DNA of 64,000 bases, from positions 49,897 through 113,896 of the forward strand of contig JANRCR010000040.1 in the NCBI GenBank assembly GCA_030726915.1. Reading direction: 5' to 3'. The translations under genes and the position numbers were made by a program. The notes below the pieces were generated by a model. That model was not told where the DNA came from. It worked only from the letters and a program-made list of their open reading frames with translations, and did no database searches. Source of the DNA: Candidatus Nanopelagicales bacterium (lineage in GTDB: Bacteria > Actinomycetota > Actinomycetes > S36-B12). This document shows positions 8,527 through 18,237 of the stretch, piece after piece; the stretch's first letter is position 1; every line of letters starts with the position of its first letter.

Positions 8527-9057
8527 GTGCCCCGTCGTATACATGCCTACGTAGACCCCCGCCGTTTCGTGGCAGGGACCGTTGGAATGCCGGGTGAGCG
8601 CACCTTCTTCCTGCAGGCCACCGGCGGAGATAGCGTCACATCCGTCTCCCTCGAGAAGGCTCAGGTGGCCCTCCTCGCGGATCGCCTCGAGGCCCTCCTC
8701 ACGGAGGCGGGCGTGATGGCGGAGCCGTTCGCCGATGACAACGATCCACTCACCGTGCCTCTCGATGAGGAGTTCCGGGTGGGCACACTGGGTATCGCGT
8801 GGCTGCCCGAGCCGGGTGCTGTGCTCGTGGAAGCTCACGCAATCGGAGATGACGAGGCGGCCGAACCGGGTGAGGACGACACGGGCGCACCTGACACCCT
8901 TCGCGTGACGCTGTCGCCCGCGGCAGCAACGGCCTTCATCCGACGCGCCCGCGCCCTCGTGTCCGCCGGGCGCCCACCGTGTCCCTTCTGTGTGCAACCA
9001 CTTGATCCCGCGGGTCATGTGTGTCCGCGCTCCAATGGTTATCGACGGCGGCCGTGA
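8527..9057 (+). CDS. DUF3090 domain-containing protein
   Basis: ORF 8473..9057. I chose the GTG at 8527 (VPRRIHAYVDPRRFVAGTVGMPGERTFFLQA) by analogy with homolog N-termini, so the start is uncertain. C-terminal Cys/His cluster CPFCVQPLDPAGHVCP. Confidence 0.78.
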   Translation: MPRRIHAYVDPRRFVAGTVGMPGERTFFLQATGGDSVTSVSLEKAQVALLADRLEALLTEAGVMAEPFADDNDPLTVPLDEEFRVGTLGIAWLPEPGAVLVEAHAIGDDEAAEPGEDDTGAPDTLRVTLSPAAATAFIRRARALVSAGRPPCPFCVQPLDPAGHVCPRSNGYRRRP

Positions 9058-9845
9058 CCGACGATCCCGTGACGCTCAGTCGTCTTCACCACGGTTCCAT
9101 CGAGGTTGAAGGACGGCTTCAGGGATCGTCGAATGCGGCCCTGCGGGTGGTCTGCACGGACGCAACGGGATCGGTGCGAGCCGTGTACAAGCCGCGTAGA
9201 GGTGAGCGTCCCCTCTGGGACTTTCCCCGCGGCTCACTGGGCCATCGTGAGGTGGCTGCCGCGATGGTTGATCGGGCCCTGGGCTGGGGCCTGGTGCCGG
9301 CCACCGTGTGGCGTGAGGATGGACCCCTCGGCCCGGGAAGTATGCAGGCGTGGGTCGACGCCGATGCAGACCTGGCCCCCGTGGACGTCCTCGATATCGA
9401 TCAGGTGCCGCGCGGTTGGCTCAATGTGGCGGAGGGTGAAGGTAGCCACGGGCAGCACGTGTGTCTCGTGCATGAAAACAGTCGTGAGTTGAGCCGCCTG
9501 GCCGTGTTGGACCTGGTGATCAACAACGCTGATCGCAAGGGTGGCCATGTCGTCCGGGGCGTGTCGGGACGGATCTTGGGAATCGACCATGGCTTGACCT
9601 TTCATACCGAGGACAAACTCCGCACGGTCCTGTGGGGTTGGTCGGGTGATCCCATTGACGCGGAGACCCTCGATGACCTCGCCCGCTGTAGTAAGTCGTT
9701 CGATGTGCTGGCGGAGGATCTGAGTCCGTTGCTGTCACGCGCGGAAGTCAGCACCACGCGCCAACGCCTGGAGCACGCACGTGAAGCCGCGGTGTTTCCC
9801 GAACCCGAGCGCTCCTGGCCCGCACTGCCGTGGCCCGCCATGTGA
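9054..9845 (+). CDS. SCO1664 family protein (PI3/PI4-kinase-like fold)
   Basis: ORF 9021..9845. The GTG at 9054 forms a GTGA overlap with the DUF3090 stop. Kinase-like motifs NNADRKGGH and GIDHGLTF are present. Confidence 0.8.
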   Translation: MTDDPVTLSRLHHGSIEVEGRLQGSSNAALRVVCTDATGSVRAVYKPRRGERPLWDFPRGSLGHREVAAAMVDRALGWGLVPATVWREDGPLGPGSMQAWVDADADLAPVDVLDIDQVPRGWLNVAEGEGSHGQHVCLVHENSRELSRLAVLDLVINNADRKGGHVVRGVSGRILGIDHGLTFHTEDKLRTVLWGWSGDPIDAETLDDLARCSKSFDVLAEDLSPLLSRAEVSTTRQRLEHAREAAVFPEPERSWPALPWPAM

Positions 9846-9862
9846 CGCTCTAGGCTCGCGCC

Positions 9863-11107
9863 ATGCAATCGTGGTCATCGCCCGTCGTCCCGTCACTGGG
9901 ACCGGGGGGCCTGCCCGTACGGGTGTTCGACACAGCATCGGGCGCGGTCAGACCCACCGCTCCCGGCCCGGAAGCCCGGCTGTACGTCTGTGGCATCACG
10001 CCCTACGACGCCACCCACATGGGGCATGCGGCAACCTACGTGGCCTTCGACACCCTCCAGCGGGCGTGGATGGATTCCGGTCACGATGTGTTCTATGTTC
10101 AAAACGTCACGGACATCGACGACCCACTGCTCGAGCGCGCAATTGCGACCGGTCAGGAGTGGCGTGACATCGCCCAGCGTGAAACCCAGTTATTTCGCGA
10201 AGACATGGAGTTTCTGCGCGTGCTGCCCCCTCGTGAGTACATCGGCGCGGTCGAGAGCATCCCCAGCGTGGTTCGGTGTATCCAGGGACTGCGTGATCGG
10301 GGGGCGGTCTATGACCTTGAAGGGGACCTGTACTTCGACATCACATCCGATGCCCTGTTCGGCAGCGTGAGTGGATTGGACCGCGCCGAGATGCTGGCAC
10401 TGTGTGCCGAGAGGGGTGGGGACCCCCTTCGCCCCGGCAAGCGCGACCCGTTGGACCCGCTGCTGTGGCGAGCAACTCGGCCTGAGGAACCGGCATGGCA
10501 CACGGAGTTGGGCTACGGCCGACCCGGCTGGCACATTGAGTGCGTAGCGATCGCCTTGGATCACCTGGGCATGACATTTGACGTTCAAGGCGGTGGACGT
10601 GACCTGACCTTCCCGCACCATGACATGGGCGCAAGTCATGCTGAGGTTCTTGAAGACCAGCGGCCGTATGCCCGGCTCTACATGCACGCGGGTCTTGTTG
10701 GCCTCGGGGGTGAAAAGATGAGCAAGTCCCTGGGCAATCTGGTCTTTGTGCATCGGCTGCGCGAAGGCGGTGTGTCATCCGCCGCGATCAGGCTGGCGAT
10801 TCTTGCCCATCATTATCGACACGATTGGCCGTGGACGGATGAGGGGCTCGTCGCGGCTGAGTCTCGATGCATTCGCTGGACGGCCGCCCTATCGCGACCC
10901 AGCGGTCCTCCGGCGCAGTCAACAATCGAGGCAATGCGACGCGCGCTCGCGGACGACCTGGATACGCCGCGCGCGCTGGCCGCGATGGACCGGTGGGCCG
11001 AGGAGTCCTTCACCACGGGCGGATCAGATGGCGACTCCCCGCGTGTGATGGCGATTGCCGTGGACGCACTCCTGGGGGTTGAACTCAGCACAGCGGCGAG
11101 CGTGTGA
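9863..11107 (+). CDS. mshC: Cysteine:1D-myo-inosityl 2-amino-2-deoxy-alpha-D-glucopyranoside ligase (mycothiol ligase)
   Basis: 414 aa class-I aaRS-like protein with the HIGH-type motif THMGHAATY and KMSKS in [10 protein letters not shown]. The N-terminus is typical of MshC. Confidence 0.93.
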   Translation: MQSWSSPVVPSLGPGGLPVRVFDTASGAVRPTAPGPEARLYVCGITPYDATHMGHAATYVAFDTLQRAWMDSGHDVFYVQNVTDIDDPLLERAIATGQEWRDIAQRETQLFREDMEFLRVLPPREYIGAVESIPSVVRCIQGLRDRGAVYDLEGDLYFDITSDALFGSVSGLDRAEMLALCAERGGDPLRPGKRDPLDPLLWRATRPEEPAWHTELGYGRPGWHIECVAIALDHLGMTFDVQGGGRDLTFPHHDMGASHAEVLEDQRPYARLYMHAGLVGLGGEKMSKSLGNLVFVHRLREGGVSSAAIRLAILAHHYRHDWPWTDEGLVAAESRCIRWTAALSRPSGPPAQSTIEAMRRALADDLDTPRALAAMDRWAEESFTTGGSDGDSPRVMAIAVDALLGVELSTAASV

Positions 11108-12142
11108 TCACCTGGATTTTTCGTCGTGGCCGCCGAACTCCTTGCGCTGGGCAGACATGACCCGATACGCATAGTCCGCCATACCCTGGCTGTCGAATCT
11201 GGAGAAGAGCGCCTCGGTCAGGACCGGTGTCGGAACACCCTCTTCAATGGCCGCGATCGACGTCCAGCGACCTTCACCTGAGTCCGACACGCGGCCGGTG
11301 AACTCTGACAGATCGCTTGAGTTGGAGAGGGCCAGGGCGGTGAGGTCGAGCAGCCACGAACCGATCACGCTGCCGCGGCGCCATACTTCCGTGACCGCCG
11401 GCAGGTCGAAGGTGTACTGATAAAACTCCGGGTGATCCAAGGGAGCCGTCTCGGCATCGGCAGAGCGCTGGCGTGAGCCGGTATCCGCATGCTTGAGGAT
11501 ATTCAAACCCTCAGCGTAGGCGGCCATGATTCCGTACTCGATGCCGTTGTGCACCATCTTGACGAAGTGACCCGCACCATGGGGCCCGCAGTGCAGCCAC
11601 CCCGCCTCACCCGGGACGAGCTCGCCGATGCGATCGCCCGTGCGCTCGGCGGACTCCACACCGGGAGCCACCGAGGCCCAGATGGGTACCAATCGATTGA
11701 CCGACTCGTCATCCCCACCGATCATGAGCGAATAGCCACGCTCAAGTCCCCAGACACCACCGGACGTGCCGCAGTCGATGTAGTGCACGGACAGGGGATC
11801 AAGGGCCGCGGCTCGACGGATATCGTCGCGGTAGTAGGAGTTGCCCCCGTCGATGATCGCATCACCGGGAGACAGCAACCCGGACAACTCGTCAACGACG
11901 GCCTCGGTGATGGATCCGGCGGGCACCATCACCCAGATGTTGCGAGGACCCGTCATCAGCCGGACGAGGTCGGCCAGTGAGTCGGCACCCGTGGCCCCCT
12001 CGCCGACCAGGTCGGCCACAGCGCGAGGATCGCGGTCGAATACGACGGCTGAGTGACCATCGCGCATCACCCGGCGCACGATATTGGCTCCCATGCGTCC
12101 CAGGCCCACCATGCCCAACTGCATCGGCTCTGACGTCGCCAT
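11108..12142 (-). CDS. gnd: 6-phosphogluconate dehydrogenase, decarboxylating (short form)
   Basis: 344 aa with dinucleotide fold GMVGLGRMGANIVRR. GGGAGGGAA lies 6-7 nt upstream of the ATG at 12142. Confidence 0.9.
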   Translation of the reverse strand: MATSEPMQLGMVGLGRMGANIVRRVMRDGHSAVVFDRDPRAVADLVGEGATGADSLADLVRLMTGPRNIWVMVPAGSITEAVVDELSGLLSPGDAIIDGGNSYYRDDIRRAAALDPLSVHYIDCGTSGGVWGLERGYSLMIGGDDESVNRLVPIWASVAPGVESAERTGDRIGELVPGEAGWLHCGPHGAGHFVKMVHNGIEYGIMAAYAEGLNILKHADTGSRQRSADAETAPLDHPEFYQYTFDLPAVTEVWRRGSVIGSWLLDLTALALSNSSDLSEFTGRVSDSGEGRWTSIAAIEEGVPTPVLTEALFSRFDSQGMADYAYRVMSAQRKEFGGHDEKSR

Positions 12143-12170
12143 GATTGATTCCCTCCCTGGGTGACCATGA

Positions 12171-12180
12171 GGTGATCACC
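12171..12180. promoter_or_regulatory. 10-bp perfect palindrome GGTGATCACC in the divergent gnd-pgi intergenic region
   Basis: Read directly. A related half-site GGTGACCA sits at 12159-12166. No regulator is assigned. Confidence 0.25.
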
Positions 12181-12238
12181 CGGTGTCAAGTAGCACATAC
12201 GCTGTACGAGTCGCTCACGCTAGTGCAAGGCTTCCGAC

Positions 12239-13903
12239 ATGAACTCTTCGGAATCCGCGAATCCCGCCGATACGGCGTCCTGGCGCGAGCTCACCAACCT
12301 TGCGGGTGCGATGCGCGAGCGTCTTTTGCGCGATCTCTTCGCTGAGGATCCCCAGCGCGCCTCGACGCTGAGTCGGACCGGTGCCGGGCTGCTGGTGGAT
12401 TTCAGCAAGCAGCGCATCACGGCTGATGTGCTTGCGGCTCTGCTGGGTCTCGCCGAGGAGCAAGGGGTCCTTGCCCGACGTCAGGCGATGTTCGATGGTG
12501 AGCACATCAATGTGACGGAGGACCGAGCTGTTATGCACACCGCACTCCGCCGTCCGCGGGACATGGCCCTGGTCGTGGACGGTCGGGACGTTGTCGCGGA
12601 CGTCCACGGTGTGCTCGATCGCATGGCGGTGTTTGCCCATGCTGTCCGTGATGGGAGCTGGACGGGAGCGACGGGGCGTCGCATCCGCAACGTCATCAAC
12701 ATCGGTATCGGCGGATCAGATCTTGGTCCCGCAATGGCGTACGACGCACTGCGCTTTTACAGCGATCGGTCGCTGTGCTTCCGCTTTGTTTCGAACATCG
12801 ACCCGACGGACATTACGGAGGCGTTGCGAGACCTGGAGCCCGCAGAAACTCTCTTCATCATTGCGTCCAAGACATTTGGCACCCAGGAGACACTGACGAA
12901 TGCTCGCGCTGCCCGTGACTGGCTGGTGAGTGCTCTCGGCGAGGCAGCGGTTCCACGGCATTGTGTGGCTGTTTCCACCAACGCCGAGCGCGTTGCTGCC
13001 TTCGGCATCGACACCGACAACATGTTCGGCTTCTGGGATTGGGTGGGGGGGCGCTACTCGATGGAGTCCGCGATCGGACTCAGCACCATGGTGGCCATTG
13101 GCCCCGAGGGATTCTCAGACCTTCTCGCCGGCTTTCACGCGATGGACGAGCACTTCCGGGTCACCCCACCCGAGGCAAATATTCCCCTCCTGATGGGACT
13201 CATTGCCGTCTGGAACCGGGATTTCCTGGATATCCCGACGACCGCGGTCCTGCCCTACGCGCAGTTCCTGAGCCGGTTCCCGGCGTACCTGCAGCAGCTC
13301 ACCATGGAGAGCAACGGAAAGTCGGTCCGCCTAGACGGTGCGCGCGTCGACTACAACACAGGAGCGATCTACTGGGGTGAACCAGGGACGAACGGGCAGC
13401 ATTCCTTCTATCAACTTCTTCATCAGGGGACCCAGGTCGTCGCCTGCGACTTCATCCTCTTCGCTCAAGCGCTGGAGCCGGTCTTTGACATGCAGGACAT
13501 GCTCGCCGCGAATGCCCTCGCGCAGGCGGCTGTGCTGGCCTTCGGGCGCACCGCTGACGAGGTGCGCGCGGATGGAACCCCGGATGCGCTCGTACCCCAC
13601 AAGGTGATGCCGGGCAATCGTCCATCGACGTTCATCATGGCTGCCCGCCTGGAGCCCCACGCTCTCGGTGCGATGATCGCGGCGTACGAGCACAGCGTGT
13701 TTGTTCAAGGCGCTGTTTGGGGAATTGATAGCTTCGACCAGTGGGGTGTGGAGTTGGGCAAGTCGATGGCTGAAGCGATTGTGCCCGACCTGCAAGACCC
13801 GGACCGGGTCCTGGATCGAGACTCCTCGACGGCCGCTTTGATTCGCATGTATCAGGCGCTGCACGCCACAGCCCCGGGTGCGGGACCAGACCACATCGGC
13901 TAG
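12239..13903 (+). CDS. pgi: Glucose-6-phosphate isomerase
   Basis: 554 aa with PGI signatures [12 protein letters not shown] and ...QWGVELGK... Confidence 0.95.
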   Translation: MNSSESANPADTASWRELTNLAGAMRERLLRDLFAEDPQRASTLSRTGAGLLVDFSKQRITADVLAALLGLAEEQGVLARRQAMFDGEHINVTEDRAVMHTALRRPRDMALVVDGRDVVADVHGVLDRMAVFAHAVRDGSWTGATGRRIRNVINIGIGGSDLGPAMAYDALRFYSDRSLCFRFVSNIDPTDITEALRDLEPAETLFIIASKTFGTQETLTNARAARDWLVSALGEAAVPRHCVAVSTNAERVAAFGIDTDNMFGFWDWVGGRYSMESAIGLSTMVAIGPEGFSDLLAGFHAMDEHFRVTPPEANIPLLMGLIAVWNRDFLDIPTTAVLPYAQFLSRFPAYLQQLTMESNGKSVRLDGARVDYNTGAIYWGEPGTNGQHSFYQLLHQGTQVVACDFILFAQALEPVFDMQDMLAANALAQAAVLAFGRTADEVRADGTPDALVPHKVMPGNRPSTFIMAARLEPHALGAMIAAYEHSVFVQGAVWGIDSFDQWGVELGKSMAEAIVPDLQDPDRVLDRDSSTAALIRMYQALHATAPGAGPDHIG

Positions 13904-14751
13904 GTGCCGTCGACACCTCGACGACGCAGGTATCGCTCAAACTCGCGCGCGATCGCCTCGCCGCTCGCCTCGGGGAGATCCGTTGTGTCCCGCGCCTCCT
14001 CGAGTTGGCGCACGTAGTCAGCGATCTCCTCATCGTCCGCCGCCAACTCATCGACGCCCAGCTCCCACGCACGCGAATCCTCGACGAGTTCACCGAGCGG
14101 CACGGGCATGTCCAAAAGATCCTCGACCCTGCGCACGAGTGCCAGGGTCGCCTTGGGTGATGGGGCCTGAGCGACGTAGTGAGGCACGGCGGCCCACAGG
14201 GATACGGTCGGGAGGCCGCGGCGGGCACTTGCCTCCTGGATGACTCCCACAATGCCGGTGGGGCCCTCGTAGTGGGAGGGCTCAACTCCGAGTCGTCGGG
14301 CGGTTCCTGAGTCCGTCGCCGTGCCGGTGACCGGCACCGGGCGGCTGTGGGGACTGTCGGACAGGAGTGCGCCCAGGGTCACAGCCAGGGTGACCCCCAG
14401 CTCGGCCGCCAGGACGAGAATCTCCTCGCTGAATTGGCGCCAGCGCATATTGGGCTCGATGCCGTGGACGAGGACAACATCGCGCGCGGCCAGTGGCAGT
14501 CGAGCGACGTACAAGCGCGTGGTTGGCCAGGTAAGGCGGCGAACACCCTCGTCGTCGAAGGCGATCATGGGGCGATTGACCTGGTAGTCGTAGTAGTCCT
14601 CGGGATCCATCTCGGCGAGCGGAGTGGCACCCCAGGCCTCCCTGAGGTGATCGATCGCATCGGATGCCGCATCGCCCGCGTCGTTCCATCCCTCAAACGC
14701 GGCGACAAGGACGGGGTCGACGAGATCGGGAAGTGCCTCGAACTCGATCAT
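13900..14751 (-). CDS. PAC2 (proteasome assembly chaperone 2-like) family protein
   Basis: 283 aa, [30 protein letters not shown]..., a typical actinobacterial PAC2 family N-terminus. It lies upstream of the Pup-proteasome locus, as in mycobacteria. Confidence 0.85.
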   Translation of the reverse strand: MIEFEALPDLVDPVLVAAFEGWNDAGDAASDAIDHLREAWGATPLAEMDPEDYYDYQVNRPMIAFDDEGVRRLTWPTTRLYVARLPLAARDVVLVHGIEPNMRWRQFSEEILVLAAELGVTLAVTLGALLSDSPHSRPVPVTGTATDSGTARRLGVEPSHYEGPTGIVGVIQEASARRGLPTVSLWAAVPHYVAQAPSPKATLALVRRVEDLLDMPVPLGELVEDSRAWELGVDELAADDEEIADYVRQLEEARDTTDLPEASGEAIAREFERYLRRRGVDGT

Positions 14752-14837
14752 GCCGCGACCTCCGCTCCGATATCCCGCACGGCAACGTCACCTTATGCCC
14801 TGACCCCGATGACCCGGCTCCGGTCTAGCCTCGCTGC

Positions 14838-15545
14838 ATGGCACACCCCGTCAGCGCTGCGCTGCCCACCGGGCTCCAGGCGGTCCTTTTTGACATGGAC
14901 GGCACCCTGATCGATTCCGAGGAGCTGTGGTGGACGGCCGAGTGCCGGGTGATGGGGGAGTGCGGGAGTTCCTGGACGCGCGCGGATCAGGCCCATTGCC
15001 TGGGCGGGCCGCTCGAGCGGGTGACGGTCTACATGGCGGAGAAGGCGGGTGCCACCGCATCGCCCCAGGAGCTGGGCCGTGCCCTCCTGGACACGATGGA
15101 ATCCCTGCTGCGCAACGATGCCGTGCTGTGGCGGCCCGGTGCCTTCGCTCTCCTACGGGAATGTCGCGATGCAGGTATGCCCACCGCCTTGGTGTCCGCC
15201 TCGTATCGACGACTGCTGGATGCGGTGTCGGACGCCGTCAACCATCATCCGGGGCTGACACATCCCGCATTTGACGTCACGGTGGCGGGCGATGAGGTAT
15301 CCCTGGGCAAGCCACACCCGGAGCCGTATCTCGAGGCAGCCCGGCTGTTGGGGGTCGACATCCATCGATGTGTGGTGGTGGAAGACTCCCCGACCGGTGT
15401 GGCATCGGGGCAGGCGAGCGGGGCACTCGTCCTAGCGGTCCCGCACCTTGTGGGGATAGCCGCTGCCACGCGGCGCAGAGTCGTTCCCAGCCTGGACGGC
15501 GTGTGTCTGGCAGACCTGGTCGACTGGGTTAGCCTCACCCCGTGA
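14838..15545 (+). CDS. HAD family hydrolase (phosphatase)
   Basis: HAD motif I is LFDMDGTLIDSE and the later motif is VVVEDSPTGV. Confidence 0.85.
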   Translation: MAHPVSAALPTGLQAVLFDMDGTLIDSEELWWTAECRVMGECGSSWTRADQAHCLGGPLERVTVYMAEKAGATASPQELGRALLDTMESLLRNDAVLWRPGAFALLRECRDAGMPTALVSASYRRLLDAVSDAVNHHPGLTHPAFDVTVAGDEVSLGKPHPEPYLEAARLLGVDIHRCVVVEDSPTGVASGQASGALVLAVPHLVGIAAATRRRVVPSLDGVCLADLVDWVSLTP

Positions 15546-16420
15546 CTGACTCCGCGTTTGCGATGGGCCCTGGGGACATTGTTCAACTCACGGACACCAA
15601 GGGTCGCCACCACACCCTCGTCCTGCAGCCAGAGGCGATGTTTCATACCCACCGCGGAGCCCTGTCGCACGACGATCTGATCGGCCAGCCCGAGGGCATC
15701 GTGGTCACCACGACGGGTGGCACGGCATACGTCGCGCTCCGCTCCCTGTTGGAGGATTTTGTCCTCGCCATGCCGCGTGGCGCGGCGGTGATCTACCCCA
15801 AGGATGCGGCACGAATCGCCATGGCGGCAGGGTTGCGACCCGGTGGTCGGGTTCTGGAGGCCGGGGCCGGATCGGGTGCATTGACCTGCACCCTGCTCAG
15901 CGCCGTCGGTCCGCACGGCAGCGTGGTGTCATGTGAACGTCGCCCCGATTTTGCCGACATTGCGCGAGCCAATGTCTCCCGGTGGTTTCGTGAGGACCCC
16001 CCTGCGTGGACGTTGTACGTGGGTGATCTTGCCGAGCGGCCCTGGGAGCCCGGCCCCCTCTTCGACGCCGTGATCTTGGACATGCTGGATCCCTGGGAGT
16101 ACATCGACACGGTGACGGCGGCTATCAGACCCGGTGGTGTGTTCGTGTCCTATGTCGCTACCACGACACAGTTGTCGAGGATTGCCGAAGGGCTGCGCGA
16201 TGACGGCCACTGGACAGAGCCACACGCGGAGGAATCACTCGTACGAACCTGGCACCTCGAAGGCCTCGCGGTGCGTCCGGACCACCGCATGATTGCCCAC
16301 ACGGGCTTCCTGCTGACCTCACGGCGACTCGCCGACGGCACGGTGGCGCCCGCTCGGCGCCGTCGACCGGCCAAGGGGGCTCGCGGTGAAGAAACAGCCC
16401 GTGAGGAGCCAGCCGGCTGA
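15542..16420 (+). CDS. trmI: tRNA (adenine(58)-N1)-methyltransferase
   Basis: GTGA overlap with the HAD gene. SAM-binding motif EAGAGSGALT. The position directly upstream of arc is the conserved one. Confidence 0.87.
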   Translation: MTDSAFAMGPGDIVQLTDTKGRHHTLVLQPEAMFHTHRGALSHDDLIGQPEGIVVTTTGGTAYVALRSLLEDFVLAMPRGAAVIYPKDAARIAMAAGLRPGGRVLEAGAGSGALTCTLLSAVGPHGSVVSCERRPDFADIARANVSRWFREDPPAWTLYVGDLAERPWEPGPLFDAVILDMLDPWEYIDTVTAAIRPGGVFVSYVATTTQLSRIAEGLRDDGHWTEPHAEESLVRTWHLEGLAVRPDHRMIAHTGFLLTSRRLADGTVAPARRRRPAKGARGEETAREEPAG

Positions 16421-16515
16421 TGAACTCACTCGCCGCACGGGGGGCACAAGTCACCGCGTGTAGGTAGGGTCGTGTGCACAGGGTGAGTCAGCCCCGTCGT
16501 GGAAGGGAACAGGTC

Positions 16516-18168
16516 ATGGCCACACGTGATCCACAGCCCCCTGCCCCCGAGGATCGAGCCCGCGCCCTCGAGTCGGAACTGGCCTCCGCTCAGGCCCAGA
16601 ACGCGCGCCTGGTGGCCACCCTGCGTGAGGCTCGCGAGCACATCGTGGCTCTCAAGGGTGAGGTCGATCGCCTGGCCGAGCCTCCCGGCAGTTACGGGAT
16701 CTTCCTCTCGGCGCTGGACGATGGCAGCCTCGATGTCGCCGTGTCGGGACGCAAGATGCGGGTCATCGCTGTTCCTGACGTCGACGTATCCCATCTGCAA
16801 CCGGGACAGGAACTCATGCTCAATGAGGCCCTCAACGTTGTGGGTGTGTGTGAATTCGAGCGCATCGGCGAGATCGTCATGCTCAAGGAGATCCTCGCCG
16901 ACGGTGAGCGGGCCCTCGTGGTGGGTCGAGCCGATGAGGAGCGCGTCGTCGGTCTTGCCGAGCCCTTGCGTCACCGGAAGTTGCGCGTCGGCGACTCACT
17001 CCTCATGGAGCCCCGCAGTGGATACGTCTTCGAAGTCATCCCCAAGTCCGAGGTTGAAGAACTCGTTCTCGAGGAGGTGCCCGACGTTGACTACGCAGAC
17101 ATTGGCGGGCTCGCCAGCCAGATCGATGCCATCCAGGATGCGGTGGAGCTGCCATTCCTGCACCCGGAACTCTTCGAGGAGCACCATCTGGCACCGCCCA
17201 AGGGGATCCTCCTGTACGGCCCCCCCGGGTGTGGCAAGACGCTGATTGCCAAAGCCGTGGCCAATTCCCTGGCAAAGAAGGTCGCCGAGAAAACAGGGCG
17301 TGAAGAAGGGCGATCCTTTTTTATCAACATCAAGGGCCCCGAACTGCTCAACAAGTACGTCGGCGAGACCGAGCGCCATATCCGACTCGTATTCCAGCGG
17401 GCCCGCGAGAAGGCGTCGGAGGGCATGCCGGTCATTGTGTTTTTCGATGAGATGGACTCGCTCTTTCGCACCCGTGGTTCCGGCGTGTCCAGCGACGTCG
17501 AAAACACCATTGTTCCCCAATTGCTGAGTGAGATCGACGGTGTGGAAAGCCTCGAGAATGTCATCGTCATCGGCGCATCAAATCGCGAGGACATGATCGA
17601 CCCTGCCATCCTGCGTCCGGGTCGCCTTGATGTGAAGATCAGGATCGAGCGCCCGGACGCCGAATCTGCTCGCGACATCCTCAGCAAGTACCTCACACCC
17701 AATCTGCCCCTGCACCCGGACGATCTGTCGGAACACGGCAACGACCCAGCGGTGACGGTCGCGGCAATGATTCAGCGGTCGGTTGAGCGGATGTACTCCG
17801 AGGAGGACGAGAATCGATTCCTCGAGGTCACCTATGCCAACGGGGACAAGGAGATTTTGTACTTCAAGGACTTCAACTCAGGAGCGATGCTGCAGAATAT
17901 CGTTTCCCGCGCAAAGAAGATGGCCATCAAGGACTTCCTCGATGTGGGGCACAAGGGGATTAGGGTCCAGCACATGTTGTCGGCCTGTGTGGATGAGTTC
18001 CGCGAGAACGAGGATCTTCCCAACACAACGAATCCCGACGACTGGGCCCGGATTTCGGGCAAGAAGGGTGAGCGGATCGTCTTCATTCGCACCCTGGTCC
18101 AGGGCAAACAGGGGACCGAGGCGGGTCGCGTGATCGACACCGTCGCTAACACGGGCCAGTACCTCTAG
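16516..18168 (+). CDS. arc: Proteasome-associated AAA ATPase ARC/Mpa
   Basis: ORF 16474..18168. The ATG at 16516 is preceded by GGAAGGGAA. It has an N-terminal coiled coil, Walker A GPPGCGKT and Walker [10 protein letters not shown]. The C-terminal proteasome-docking motif is ...GQYL. Confidence 0.95.
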   Translation: MATRDPQPPAPEDRARALESELASAQAQNARLVATLREAREHIVALKGEVDRLAEPPGSYGIFLSALDDGSLDVAVSGRKMRVIAVPDVDVSHLQPGQELMLNEALNVVGVCEFERIGEIVMLKEILADGERALVVGRADEERVVGLAEPLRHRKLRVGDSLLMEPRSGYVFEVIPKSEVEELVLEEVPDVDYADIGGLASQIDAIQDAVELPFLHPELFEEHHLAPPKGILLYGPPGCGKTLIAKAVANSLAKKVAEKTGREEGRSFFINIKGPELLNKYVGETERHIRLVFQRAREKASEGMPVIVFFDEMDSLFRTRGSGVSSDVENTIVPQLLSEIDGVESLENVIVIGASNREDMIDPAILRPGRLDVKIRIERPDAESARDILSKYLTPNLPLHPDDLSEHGNDPAVTVAAMIQRSVERMYSEEDENRFLEVTYANGDKEILYFKDFNSGAMLQNIVSRAKKMAIKDFLDVGHKGIRVQHMLSACVDEFRENEDLPNTTNPDDWARISGKKGERIVFIRTLVQGKQGTEAGRVIDTVANTGQYL

Positions 18169-18210
18169 TGCCCGGACCTCTAGTGCCCGGACCTCCAGTG
18201 CCCGGTCTGC
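18166..18210. repeat. 15-bp tandem repeat, three copies (TAGTGCCCGGACCTC, TAGTGCCCGGACCTC, cAGTGCCCGGtCTgC), beginning at the arc stop codon
   Basis: Read directly. The copies are at 18166-18180, 18181-18195 and 18196-18210 (the third is degenerate). The preceding arc codons CAG TAC CTC resemble the end of the unit. Confidence 0.85.
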
Positions 18211-18237
18211 TCCCGTGAGACATCCCGCGGGGGGTGG

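Noticed and set aside
18166-18210. CRISPR-like or minisatellite array after arc
   Set aside because: There are only three directly abutting 15-bp units with no spacers and no cas genes. It is reported as a simple tandem repeat.
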